Part shown: positions 51,895-64,000 of the stretch, in pieces
Position numbering within the stretch: the first letter of the stretch is position 1
How the letters are laid out: every line of letters starts with the position of its first letter
NCBI GenBank assembly: GCA_011109175.1
Contig: RDEW01000001.1
Location: 1,440,360 to 1,504,359, forward strand
Source of the DNA: Dicyema japonicum
Taxonomy: Eukaryota; Animalia; Dicyemida
Reading direction: 5' to 3'
DNA length: 64,000 nucleotides
Translations under genes and position numbers: made by a program
The notes under the pieces: generated by a model
The model's database searches: none
What the model was told of the DNA's origin: nothing
The model's input: the letters and a program-made list of their open reading frames with translations, nothing else

Positions 51895-52900
51895 AACTTT
51901 GGGGGAGAGCGGCTGCTGACATCACGGAGTAAGCGTTTCCGCGGACAACTGCGATGCCAATTCGTTGCCTTAGCCAGACCGCTTCCCGCACGTCTTTCTT
52001 GCGGTGAGCCAATTTCCCCCGATTTCCTTTAGGAAAGAGGCTGTAATACTTCCAGCCGCACCAGACGTCTCGATTGCTACCGGTACAAAACGGTAGCGGT
52101 CTCCAATTTCGCCATATTTTTTAATCTTGATTTTCTCGGCCAGATCGGCTGCCGATCCAGCAGACTGCGCCGAGTATCATCGAGTTCAGAAAGAATCCAC
52201 AACAATACAGTCCCATACGAGCGATTTTCCCTCGGTGAACGGAAAGATAGTTAACCCATCCAGTCTTTTCTCATCTCCGCGATCCAATCCCACAGGCTCC
52301 AGTACTACCGAAAAGCCTGCCGCTTCAAGAGCTCGCATGACAATGTTGTTCATAGCATCATGGCGGGGTGCTCTGCCCGCACTCCTTTTGCACGAGAGCG
52401 GGTGCACCTTTGGCATCGACGATCCCTCCACAGCGACATTGGTGTTCGACGCAAACATCAGCTCCCAAACGTTGTGCGATCCCAATCCGAATAAGGTCAT
52501 CGTCCAAAAGGGTCCCCAGGGAGGAACACGGGAGTGCATCCAGCCACGCTCCGCTTCCATGGTTGAGGAGGACACGAGGCATGCAAGACGATGCTGGTTG
52601 GCCTCAGACTTTAGCACGTCGAAGATATTCTTGGAGTAGATATCATCCCAGTTACGTTGCCTCGAAGATCGTTCGGCATATCCAAACCAGTTTCACACCA
52701 TTCGCGACGAGCTTTGTTGAAGACTCTTTCCCAAGAAAGTCCGGTTGTAAAACGCAGGATTTTTGGACCAAAAGGCTTTCACTTGAGAGCGATGACACAT
52801 CTGCTGGATGAGCAATCTTCAGCGCCGACCTGAGACCCGTTCCTCCGAGGCGTGTAGGAAGCTTGCATTGGTTCCAACTCGGCACATCAAGTTGTTCTGA
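51895..52900 (-). mobile_element. CRE-clade RLE non-LTR retrotransposon, 3' kilobase
   Basis: LPTRLGGTGLRS; SGAWLDALP..LG; CRCG..HPLSC..RHDAMN; RLDGLTIFPF..LVWD; VRGNA. Confidence 0.85.
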
Positions 52901-53699
52901 TGCCTAATAAATTAACCATAAAAATACTGAAGGGTACAACATTATAAAATGCATGCTGGAGGGACAAGATCTGAATGTATCAGCAGCTCGGAAGTATAGA
53001 AAAGCTTTTATTTAATTTTAATTAAAATTTTAAGAGGAATAAGAAAAAATTTAATATTATCGTTGTATGCTCCCATGTTCCGTAATTCGCTCCTTAACAC
53101 GTATGGGGTCGTATGTACGCACGTTCCGAAATTTGCCCCCTAACGGTATACTTTGCTTCCATACCCCCCGTATACCTAATATGAAGTGCGGAAAGATAAT
53201 ATTTATTACATGTTTTTTCTAGGCGAGTTGTCTTTGACCGATTCCAAAGAGTATCTCGTGGTATTCCTCGATTCAACATCGTTGTGGAATCATGTTCACG
53301 ATAATCCTGAAAGTTTTAATATAGAAGAATTGAATTCCAAAGTGTATCTTAGTATTCCTGGATTCCACACAGTTGTGAAATCAGATGTTCAGCAGAGAGA
53401 TTTTGTTGTGACGTGCATGTCTGTTTCCTCTGAAGACAATTAAACATTTTATGGACTTATTTACTAAGGATCCCTACAAAGAACCCAACAATAACGTAGA
53501 TTATGTTGTCTTTTGGATGTCGGATCAAATAAATCTGATGTGCTGTCGTTTTCAGATTTACATGTTGATCTTCTCACATCAGGCCTCTGATGTGGTCAAG
53601 GCTGCTCAACGAAGATTCAAGAGAAATTCTTTATTCAAGATGGCCGATGATTACGCGTTCCTTTAAGTTATCGAGTACAAAGAATAATTTTCCGTCAAC

Positions 53700-54330
53700 A
53701 CTCAAGCTTCTCAAATCAGAAAATTTAAAATGCCTGTTGGAACGATAAATTTTATTTAAAACAATAAAGAAAAATACAATAATTGCAGCAAAAAACTTGT
53801 AAAATGAAAAAAATATTTCAACTAGCACAAATGATATTATTTACACACCTTTATATGAGTGGATACAAAATAAAAGAAAAAACAACCATAATATGATATG
53901 CTTCAGGAAATGACGATTAAAATTGCAAACAAATTGAATATTCATATTGGGATCACGAGATTCAAAAACCATTATGGCATAAAATCTCGAACAAATGCTA
54001 GAGAAGAAGGCTTAGTCAAGCAAGAATATTTAAATAAACTTGGAAGATTTTCTGAATGTCTTTAATCAATATGATTCCAGTGATGAAACTGGACTGTTTT
54101 TCAAATGTTTTTCATAAAATACATTAATATTAAATGAACAAGACATAGCAAGTGGAAAATTTTCAAAGGAGCGTATAACAGTGCTCTTATGTGGTAGTAT
54201 ATCTGGCAAAAAGGAAAAATCGTTAATAATTGGAAAATTCAAAAATCCCAGAGGATTTAAAAAGAAATACAAATGCAATAAAACAAAATGAGATATAAAA
54301 TTAATATCAGCGTGACGTGACAAAAAAAGG
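53700..54330 (+). mobile_element. pogo/Tigger transposase remnant
   Basis: YEWIQNKR..RFKNHYGI; SDETGLFFK..GKFSKERITVLLC..IIGKFKNPRGFK. Confidence 0.75.
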
Positions 54331-54354
54331 TTGAAAATATAAGCAAATTTGACT

Positions 54355-54730
54355 AAGACAAAATTCTAGGTCATTCAACTCAGGTTATTCTATGTCAATT
54401 CTAGGTCAATTTTAGGCCATTCTGGGTCAATTCTAGATGGCCATAGCGAAAAGACTATTCTAAACCAGTAAGATGAATCAATTCTAGGTCTTAACCGCCA
54501 CATGATTGTTTGATAATAAACTTTAAACTTCTACATTCTAAAAGTGATTAGGTCACCATGGATGAATTCTAGGTAACTATAGGTCAATTCTAGGTCATGT
54601 TAGGTCACACTATAGGTCAGGTTAGTTCACTATAGGTTTCTATAGTTCAGGTTAGGTCAACTCTAAATCATTCTGGATCATTCTGGGTCAATTGTAGGTC
54701 ATTATGTGTCAATTCTAGGTTAATTCTGGA
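54355..54730. repeat. Degenerate 10-11-bp minisatellite, consensus about ATTCTAGGTCA
   Basis: Many tandem variants such as aattctaggtc, attctgggtc, actataggtc. Confidence 0.8.
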
Positions 54731-54880
54731 AAGCGGCTGCTACATCACGGAGTGGGCGATTCCGCGGACTACTGCGATCCCAATTCGTTGCCTCAGCCAG
54801 ACCGCTTCCCCCACGTCTTTCATACGGTGGGCCAATTTCTCTGATTTACTTCTATAATACTTCCGGCCGAACCAGACGTA
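54725..54880 (-). mobile_element. CRE 3' end fragment
   Basis: Near-identical to 51905-52050. Confidence 0.75.
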
Positions 54881-55039
54881 GAGGATTTAAAAACAAACCG
54901 GTCGCAGAGGATTTAAAAATTTCTTAAAAATTTTATTAATTTGATATAAACAATTTAACAAATTCATTATTTATTTATTTTAATGAACGAAAAGTCGCGT
55001 TCATTAAACAGAAAAATAACTGTATAAAGAATTAGATCG

Positions 55040-57100
55040 TGTCTGACCAAAGTGTTGAAAAGTCCTTGGAAAAGAACACTGAGGAGAACGTTTTAACACA
55101 CTGGGCAATTCGGAAATTCCACGTGAAGCTCGAATTATCCTGAGGAAATCCGGCTCTTTCACTCTTGAATTCTCCAATACTAATGACCGTAACTCTTTTA
55201 CTACGGAGATTGAAAAAAGTTTCCCGTTCGGTGTGGATGGGAACAGAGTTTCAACACTGAGTTTAAACCCAGCTGAAGTGGTTTTGAAAGGGATCCCCTC
55301 AAGGGTTACAGAAAGATTTTGTGTATTCTTGTTGGAGACTCTTCATCCAGGATTTTCTTTCAATCGCTTCAAGAAAGACAGCTACAACCTTAGTGTTGGA
55401 AAATTGACCTCAAATCAAGAGCTCTGGATTACCTGTTGGTTTCCAAAAAATCCTATGTGAATGGTATCAAGAAGACTCTGCTATCAGTTGTTTTAGATGC
55501 CAGAAATTTGGCCACGTTGCATCTCGATGCATTGAAAATGAGAAATGGCTGATTTGTGGGGAGGAGAACGGAATGAGGAGTTCTTCTTCCAAAGAAAGAT
55601 CGGAGAGGAAGTAAATCAACTGCGAGACTGGGTACCTCGCGTGTTATGGAAGGTTGCCCGGTGGCTAAGACGCTACCCAGGAATTGTGAATATATCTCTG
55701 TTGACGTTTGCTGTGACGATGTGTATTTATCATTGGGGGAATGTATTTTAGAACTCTTATTAATTGTGTGGACAGTATCAGCCAGTTTTTTATTGACTAT
55801 CCTAAATCTATCTTAATTCTAAACATGTGTTTTGGGTGTTGTACGACCAATCAGAGTGGACGAAGATTGAGACATTTATCCTACTCTCTTGGCTTCGAGG
55901 TTTTGACATCCAAGGAACCAAATCATTATTCGTATACAGGTGGTGATAAACTTGGTGTTTTTTCTGGTGTCTTCACTTCTTATTGCGCATGTGGATACTG
56001 CACTATTCTTTGAGATATCGAAAGCGCCCATCTTCCCAAAGTTTTATGTGTTAATTTAAAGTCGGCCGTGTATTACGGGGTTTTATGATAATTTGACACT
56101 AATAATGTCAATTGGAGTCATTACAGGATTTTCATGACTGATAAACTTTTTTCTCTATCGACGTTGTTGCCTGGTTATGTGGATATGTTAGCGCAAACAT
56201 TGTGAGTGCTATGGAAGAGTATTTACATTGTTATGATAAACCTGTTCTAAAGCTGGTGTCCCTACTTATATCAAGCGGGAAATTTCGGAACAAAATCGCC
56301 TTCGGACAAAGTTAAGACGGTGTCTTGATTATTTGGACCGAGAATTTCTAAAGAGAAGAATAAGAGTTACTCAGAAGACTATAGATTTCTTATTTAAACA
56401 AGTCAATAAAAAATGGAGAACTGAAGCAGGAAGGTTGGACTCCAAGAATCCAACATTCAGGAAGTCTTATCGGACGCTTGTAACTCCTGGATCTAAATCA
56501 GATGTATTAATTTGAAGAGATCCAATAGCAGTGCTGTCACCGAGGCGGTCCTTTGTTACCTATTGGAGCTAGTCTCAAATGGTATATGTACCTCAAGCTT
56601 GGAAGGTACCATTATTCGGATGATCCCAAAACCAAAAAAATCGAGGACGGATCTCTTGGACTATAAGCCTATTAGTCTAATAAACTCAATTTCAAAAATC
56701 ATGGAGAGGCTGATTTATAAAAGATTTACACGCCATAGCGGATTATGGAATTTTCTCAGCAAAGAACAGTGGCGCTTTCGTCCAGGGAAATCATATGGAG
56801 ATTGTTTTTAAATCTTGAACTCTGAGATTGAGAAGGCCAGGAACTTCAAATATCAGCTGAGTGTCGTATACCCGGATATATCGAAGGCCTTCGATAGTGT
56901 CTGGCAAGACCCACTGTTTTGTCAGCTAGTCGCAGCTGGATTCCCAAAACTTATTCGATTGGTTAAGAAATCTATTGACAGGGAGAAGATCATTAGTGAG
57001 ATGTGGAGGATTTACTTCTGAAGAGATTGTTATGAAGAGGGGGTACCTCAAGGCTTAATCTTGAGTCCTCTGCTATTCAATATATTTATGATAGTGTCTT
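55040..57100 (+). mobile_element. Two-ORF LINE (Jockey/I-like) remnant
   Basis: ORF1 VVLKGIP..CQKFGHVASRC; ORF2 IPKPKK..YKPISL..KIMERL..DISKAFDSVW..GVPQGLILSPLLFNI. Confidence 0.65.
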
Positions 57101-57129
57101 TTTCAGTAAAAGATTATTTATTATTTTTC

Positions 57130-57290
57130 TCAATACAGTCCGACCTCTATTTTGGGCGCACCTCCGAAACGGGGCACCTCCATTTTTGGGGAAAACTACG
57201 TTTTGGGCGCTCTATAAATTTTCTACCAAAAGTATTACAAATCAATTAAATTTAGTACCTCCAATTGGGCATTGATTTTTTATTATATAA
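57130..57290. mobile_element. pogo-type terminal/MITE fragment
   Basis: TA-CAGTCCGACCTCTATTTTGGG, related to 46705-46770 and 47640-47700. Confidence 0.4.
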
Positions 57291-57439
57291 AATTAATATG
57301 ATTTTGTAAGATTATTCCAGTGGTTTTGACATGGGATGGAGTTGTCTCAAAATGCTTGAAGAATAAATTATCTATTGAAGAATCAACGAGGACTTACATC
57401 CAATCGGTTGTGCTGAAGAGAACCTAACTTATGGAACTG

Positions 57440-57920
57440 GCATGCCGTGAGGACAGCCCACTGGACTCTAACAGAGATATTTCGACTGAATCTGATGTGG
57501 AGATGGGAGTAACAGGGAGTTTATGGCGCACTCTTCTAAAGGAATTAAATTAATTCCAAAGACCACTGTTAAACCGAAAAAAACTAAGTGATCCCGACGA
57601 ATTGAATCATGGCTTTCATCTTTTCTAGGTGTTGATCTCTTGAGCCTACACAAGTTCGCTGCGAGAAAGCACTTTTTCTTGGCATTGGTGTCCTTTTTTG
57701 TTTTTTTTCAATTAGTGTCTCCAAGGGCGTCGGTGATTTAATGTTTTCTCCCGTATACCATCTTTCAGTTAGTTTGAAGGCTCTTTTCTTGATTGCGGAG
57801 ATTTTCTGAATGTTTGTATAAGAGGCCAATGGTCCCCATGAATCACACGCATATGAAATGCAGGGTTCGATGTATTATGAGTAGAGTTTTAAGTATAGGT
57901 AGACATATCTATATGAGGAT
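57440..57920 (-). mobile_element. 3' fragment of the 2A-LINE family, interrupted by the Buster-type hAT
   Basis: IEPCISYACDSWG..YTNIQKI..RAFKLTERW; 3' UTR GGGATCAC..GTGGTCTTTGG matches the 9412 copy. Confidence 0.7.
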
Positions 57921-57926
57921 ATTGAC

Positions 57927-59321
57927 CAGTGTTTCTCAAACTAGGGTCCGCGGTCCAAAAAAACCACAAACAAACTTTAGTAATTTATATTAGTCTATTT
58001 TTATATTATATTATTTTAAATTATTTTGAATTAAATTTTAAAAAGAACGTGCTTAATTTTATCTTGTGGGAATGTCCTGTTCAAATAATTCAATGAATAA
58101 AAATACATATATCAAATATGGATTAACTCTGATAACTTCTGAAGGTAAATGTTCCAATTTTTTGCTATCCAAATTGATGAAAGCACGGATATCGCCAATT
58201 TATCTCAATTATGCGTTATGTTCGTTATATACATGAAAGCACTGCAGATGAATTCTTGTTTTGTGAAACTCTCAGCACTAATACAACCACCATTGGAATA
58301 ATTTTTTGGTGTGTGCACAGACGGTGCACCAGTAATGTTTGGTTGCCGTTCCGGATTTCAAACTTTAGTCAAGGAAAAATCCCCAAATGCTATTGGTGTA
58401 CATTGCATATCCACCGTCATGCATTGATGATGAAAACCATACCTGACGTTTTGAAAAATGTTATGAATGTCATAATTAAAACTATGAACTATATTAAACC
58501 CAAAGCACTCAATTGTCGTCTATTTGCTGATTTATGCAAAGTAAATGACTCTGAATTTGAGACTCTTTTGTTGGATTCTCATGTGAGATGGCTTTCAAAA
58601 AAAAAGAATTGAAGAGAGCATTTATACTACGAAAAGAAATACACTATTTCTTAAAGACGTCAAACCAAAACTGCATGAAATATTTTCTGATACTCGTTTA
58701 TTGACTTTATTTGCATTTTTGGTGGATATATTTGAATCTGTGAATTTTGAAATTTAAAACTGCAAGAAAGAGACACCACAGTCCTTCTTAAGAAATCTAG
58801 GTATTTTTTGATATTTATAAATTTTTAGATATTTTCCTGATATTTTGAATCTCAGTAACCATTTGCAATTTCAGTATAAGATCTTCTTTCCGAAAACCAT
58901 ATTATTCAGGAACAATTTATCGATTTGTTTAATGATGGATATACAAGATACGTTTTCAACGAAGTTTCCCAAGCGATTTTTGGATTCAAACGGATGATTC
59001 CTATTCAGAATTGGCAAAGATGGTGAATATTCATTTGCAACTACATAAGAGTGTGAGACAGCGTTTTCAGCACTACTTACCATCAAATCAAAATTCCGCA
59101 GTAGATTGGATGTGTCAAATGACATGAGGGTGCATTGTCCAATACACAGCCCGACTTAGAAAAACTGGTGATGGCCAAACAAGTGAATCCATCTCATTAA
59201 TTATCATTTTTTAATTTTGCACTAGTTTTTGTTAAAATGTTAATTCACTATTTAATAAAGGACCGCCAGCAATTAAAAAAATAAAAGAGGACCTTTTATT
59301 TAAAAAGTTTGGGAACCAATG
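57927..59321 (+). mobile_element. hAT Buster/Charlie-type (ZBED8/SCAND3-like) transposon, internally deleted
   Basis: TIR CAGTGTTTCTCAAACT / AGTTTGGGAACCAATG, TSD ATATTGAC/ATATAGAC (nnnTAnnn), CTDGAP, HC.IHRHAL, HVRWLS, YEC..AFSALL. Confidence 0.9.
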
Positions 59322-59499
59322 ATATAGACTGAGCCATCAATATAAAAAATTTTAAGTTTGATGGAAAACTCTGATTTTTGAGCATTAAGTGTCATAATTA
59401 GAGATCGGACTGTATCGTCTTGCGATACAAGCTTGAGAATCTATCAAGTTTTACTTTATATTAATTTTCTTTCGCGTGACGTTTAGGCAAGAGGTTTCC

Positions 59500-59900
59500 T
59501 GTTTTCAAAAAGGAAGATAGTCACAACCAGTATCCTGTCTCGAATGCTATCATCCACTTCTTCCACAAATGACCGGACTCGTATAAAAAGATTCACGATT
59601 GTTTCCACGAGAACCATCCGAAGACTCGATGATAATAAAATACTACACTGGTCCCCTCCTCCAATAGACCAATTAGAATCTTCTCTTCAGAAAGACATCC
59701 TGATAAACCTGGCTCATCTACGATGTGGTCACCACCCTTCTCTACGGACGTACGATGTCCTCTGCAACCTTTACGTGTTGACAACAAATCATCTATTTGA
59801 ATGTCATGAATTAGCACAACGTTTGTCTAATGGCCAGGACTGACCGATCTATGGGATCGACCGGTATCTGCTGCGTCCTATTTAATACCTGATCCTACAG
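59500..59900 (+). mobile_element. Ingi/Vingi-type LINE C-terminus with zinc-finger region
   Basis: NKILHWSPPPIDQLESSL..LAHLRCGHHP..TTNHLFEC..DLWDRP. Confidence 0.65.
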
Positions 59901-60403
59901 GTTAGTGACCCCGGAGTTAAAGGAAGTCAAAGGAAAAATGGAAGTCAAAGGATTTCACCCATAATGAAGTAGGGTAGACATTTTTCCAAAAGAATACATC
60001 ACCACCTCAACCTTCTAACCAATTAACCACGTGTCAAATGTAAGGTTGTTGAGTATCAAAGGTATCGGTATCTTGCGTACATTCAGTCGTATTGAGAACT
60101 CTAGTGAGTGTGGTAATCGAGTTGGGAAGTAATGTGTCTACAATGAGTTCATCTGTACTTCCACAACTTGTGGAGCTGGCATGGATGTGAATTTTAATTT
60201 ATTAACCACGGATACACCGAGAAAGAAGTTAAAGTAAACTTGATTTTGGATGTGAAGGAAGCGAAGTGATTGATTCGGATGACGAGAAAGAGGATAGGTT
60301 ACGACAAGTTTTTTGTGAAACAATTTTAATTTATCAACTCTTAAATTCCAGTTGAAGGCTTTAGTCCCCTGGAGGTTCCCAGTTGAATTTTAGCTATTTG
60401 TAG

Positions 60404-60800
60404 TTATTTATTTACCCCTGTCCCTTCGAGTGAAGGAAACTGGTGGCTAACAAGAACGTCACAGCCAAGAGTGTAACCTCACAAATATCCATCATGTGTA
60501 TTTGGTGTTATGCAGAACTCGGAGACTGATCCGGACAAGAGTAGAGGTGGTTCTTATTCCTGGCCGTCAAGAAAGCATGAGAGAAAAGTGGAGAGGATGA
60601 TTCGCCGATTCTGTACAGATACGGGAAAATCATTATTAAGAAGGATAATAGCTTGGTCGGTGTTGGCGATCCAAGAATCCGAATTCTATTTTTTGACAAG
60701 ACTGGATTCGATTCCGGCTCCACTATCCTAAACTTCCTTTATCGGAACTTCCGGTTTCTAACGTCTCCCAAGTGTATTACCTCGTTCATACTCAAGAAAG
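60404..60800 (-). mobile_element. LINE 3' end with GGGGTAAATAAATAA tail
   Basis: YLYRIGESSSPL..HLYSCP decayed CCHC region. Confidence 0.55.
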
Positions 60801-61016
60801 AAGGAAGCCGCCCATCATGAAAATAATTGGATATTTCGTGATTTGAGTGAATTTTTGTTAACAAAAATTTTAAGTAAGGTAATCGTTAGAGAGCTGAAAT
60901 ACCCTGGGTCCGGCTTAGAATGGCCTAAAGTCCTCATTGGGGTCCCATATTACCAGTCATTTCTCAGCTTGGCATACTCCCGCAGATCAAAGCCTTTCGT
61001 AGAGAAGACCGTTAAT

Positions 61017-61334
61017 TATTATTTATTTATTAACCCCGGATACACGGAGATAGAAGTTAAAGTAAACAACTAATTAAGTGTATCCAGTTTCCACTTCTAC
61101 AGAACGAGTCCACCCGGAATCAGCATAAAGGGTAAAGACGTCCATACTTGCAGTTGTGGAAACCCCTCCAGTGGAGTGGAGGAGAGCAAATAATCTTTTT
61201 TCGTGTTGACCTGGCACTGGGCGCCACCTAGACAGGTGGATCACATGACGCCACTCTAATAGGAAGAAGAAAAGGAACAGACGAACAAAACAGAAACTTT
61301 AACCAATTAGCCACGACGCACCACATGGCGCCAC
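61017..61334 (-). mobile_element. Short non-autonomous element copy B (longest copy)
   Basis: Head GTGGCGCCATGTGGTGCGTCGTGGCTAATTGGTT; module 61191-61253 GGCGUC AUG UGAUCC ACC UGUCUA GGU GGCGCC..C GAAAAAA GAUUA; tail GGGGTTAATAAATAAATA. Confidence 0.8.
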
Positions 61335-61584
61335 GCGATTTTTTGTTATTCTCTCCTTCATAGTCACCTTCACTTGTCTCACAGTTTCTCCCGGTCCTCA
61401 TTTAATTTTGATACCACGTGCGATAAGTCACTCGTTATCAAATAGTCACTATGAATCCTTAAATAACAATATTGAAGACGTAAAAATCTACAATGCATTC
61501 TCGTGGTCTGTGAGATCATCGTGAAACTTAATTGAGCTTATAAATACGCAATATTAACTTTCTATTAAGGAAAGAAAAGAGAGT

Positions 61585-61760
61585 AAACGGTTATATAGCA
61601 GCTGCCCTGACTTCGTGGCTATTTCCTCTCAGGATGGCGAGCGAGATTCGCTCAAATAACCAGCAGCGCTCACGAGGGTCTTCTGTTCGTGTAGCGATCT
61701 GATTCCCTAAAGAATTCCAGCGTCGCAGGCGCAATGGAACCTGACGTCTCAACGGCGAGT
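61585..61760 (-). mobile_element. CRE 3' end fragment
   Basis: DPRERCWLFERISLAILRGN. Confidence 0.7.
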
Positions 61761-62387
61761 GGGACAAACAAAAAATCAATTGTGACTTAAAAATGAATGT
61801 GCCGAATATATCTGCTTGGACAAGCATTTTTAATGCAAAAATTGAAATCTTCATTGATAGCCGCCATTTCTCATAAATCATCTCCGAAATCTAATTTTTG
61901 ATCGCCAGTAGTGACTGCTTCATGGAGAGCTTAATTTTCGAAATCTAATTTTGATCGCCAGTAGTGACGCAATTAAACGGAATATTGAATTGCCACTCTT
62001 GTTGAAACCCACATTATTAAGTTTATTGCTATGGAGCTATTAATAACACGTGAAATGACCACCAAATTTAAATTCATCACGAGTTACAAATAACTTTAAT
62101 AACACGTGACATGACCACCAAATTTAAATTCATGACTAGTCACAAATTTATTCATAGATTCTGAATATATTCTCTTGTAGGAACGAAACCTTATGTCTAC
62201 TCAATGGCCCACATCGGAAAGTTCCCGGGTGACAGATAGGGAGTTTGCTGATTCTTTTTGATGTATGTTATATAAGACACAAAATATTCATACGACACAA
62301 CGAGGTGAACCTCAATTTCATCAACTGAGAATATGCATGTTCAGGATCTCCAGGAGCTACTTGTTTTGGCGGAGCGTTTCATATAAG

Positions 62388-63010
62388 TTTTATTTATTTA
62401 CCCCCGGTCCTTCGACGACAAAGAAATCGGTGGTTAATAGGAAACCAACTTTCAAACTTTATGCTACTGTGGATCAGTCAAATAACCGTTGTGACAGGAA
62501 AATCAAAGGCGAACTACGACGAGAAAAAAGGAGACCTTGTGGTCTCAGGAGGGTGGAGGGACACAACGACAAATCCAATGTAAAGAATCGACGCACTTCC
62601 TTTATGTATGAGATACTTTTCTGAACTTTGGGAATGTCAATTGGGCTCCCGTTCTCCTCACAAGTTCCTCGAACGGAGTTGGAATTAGTGACGAGGAGAA
62701 CCTTTGTAGGGCCCCAGTGAATGTTGCTTGAAAGACATTAATTTTCTTTAGATTCGTATTGGACAGGTTTGTCCCCCATGCTGAGCAATCATAACTGATT
62801 ATTGGTTGTATGTATTGCGTATAGACTGAGTTTAACGTTGAGTAGAAGCAGCTTTTATAGTGTCAAGGAGAGCCTTTACAAAGTTTAGTTCACGTTGGGA
62901 CGAGCATATGACGTTACTAACATGCTTACAGAATGTCATGAGGGGGTAGTAGTGATATCCAGTAATTTGATTGAGTTTGTAGATGGGATTGAAACTCCAT
63001 TAAGGGTTAA
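62388..63010 (-). mobile_element. 3' fragment of the 2A-LINE family with intact tail
   Basis: KHVSNV..IQPIISYDCSAWGTNLSNTN; ends GAAGGACCGGGGGTAAATAAATAAA. Confidence 0.7.
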
Positions 63011-63224
63011 AAGAGGTGTATAGTTTTTAGTCTTCTATTTGAAGTAAAAATCATTGTACATGACTTTTCAAGCTCCTCTCTTCTTAAAGGGTCATTGAGA
63101 TTTCGGATTTGCAATTATTATCAAAACCAATAAATAAAATATAATAATAAAATTTGTTTTATAATTAAAGTAAAAAAATAAAATCTCGGTTGGAATTTTA
63201 GATCTGCTTTGTGTAATCAATTTT

Positions 63225-63857
63225 ATGGGGAATTCCATTTCATATTTTCAACGGATCTTAAAGAAAATGCCATTTTTTGAAAGGAAGGACACCAGAATTC
63301 TAATGGTAGGCTTAGATGCGGCCGGAAAGACCACGATAATGGGCAAACTTAAAATGGGAGACACTGTTATGACAGTCCCCACAATCGGTACTTACTTTGG
63401 TTCATTTAAGGATTCAACGTGGAGACCTACAACCTGAGGAACAAGGGTACTGTGACCATTTGGGATATTGGGGGACAAAATACGATCCGTGAACTATGGA
63501 AACACTACTTTCATGGCTCAAAGGGTTGACTTGTCGATTCAAGGCAGGGATCATCTTCGTGATTGATGGGAATGACCGCGAACGATTGGAGGAGGCTGCG
63601 AATGAGCTTGCCAGTCTCATGGTCAGTCCAGAGCTGACCAACGCCCCTCTCTTGATTTTAGTAAACAAATCGGTGGGTTATTATCCTTAAAGTAGGACTT
63701 GCCCAACGCTATCAACTGTGAGACTGCATACATGGCCCTGAAGTTGGGGGATTATGATCAATCGAGGAAGATAATTGTGCATAGTTCATGTGCCACTACA
63801 GGGGACGGAATTTACGAGGGAATCGAGGCTCTCCATGAAGCAGTCACTAATAAATGA
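63225..63857 (+). CDS. ARF-family small GTPase (divergent)
   Basis: MGNS myristoylation site, [35 protein letters not shown]; three introns, each exactly 23 nt. Confidence 0.9.
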
Positions 63858-64000
63858 TAGTTTTGTGAATATTCTTTATAGTTAAACCGCTTATTGCCTT
63901 TAGGTTAACCTCCCTGACAGTCTTGGCTTTGTGGATCTGTCAGTCTGAGTAGTTGAGATTTTGTTGGAAGCAAGGCTATAGTGAAGGTTATGGGGGATGG

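Noticed and set aside
61880-62145. Two pairs of about 56-bp tandem repeats
   Set aside because: Ordinary local duplications with no further pattern.

Overview
Eukaryotic, AT-rich genomic DNA with the standard genetic code, from an animal with extremely compact genes. Every intron I could reconstruct (about 50) is 21-29 nt, mostly 22-25 nt. This fits a reduced metazoan parasite such as a myxozoan or dicyemid (inference, not identified). Host genes form small islands: a LAMP-family lysosomal protein, IDI1, GTPBP10-like Obg GTPase, GINS1, RPS17, a GT31 beta-1,3-galactosyltransferase, PSMD3, two duplicated divergent ZYG11-like Cul2 substrate receptors and an ARF-family GTPase. They sit among nested transposon remnants (APE-type LINEs, RTE/RTEX, CRE, R4/NeSL-like RLE elements, hAT, pogo/Tigger, Ginger2). 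The most interesting system is an Ingi/L1Tc-like LINE family. Its 5' end is an HDV-like nested double pseudoknot with compensatory changes across copies. An AUG inside this fold opens a leader that runs into a viral-type 2A (StopGo) motif and then APE-RT. Four short non-coding elements carry the same module (two well preserved, two decayed); in the well-preserved ones the AUG is followed directly by a stop, with a compensatory change that keeps the pairing. Also notable are a TIR- and TSD-complete Ginger2 transposon whose integrase gene has seven host-type micro-introns, and a patchily hypervariable ZYG11-like gene pair. Several essential genes are 1-2 nt short inside homopolymer runs, so some frameshifts here may be assembly errors. 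All gene models, folds and family assignments were made by eye, without searches.
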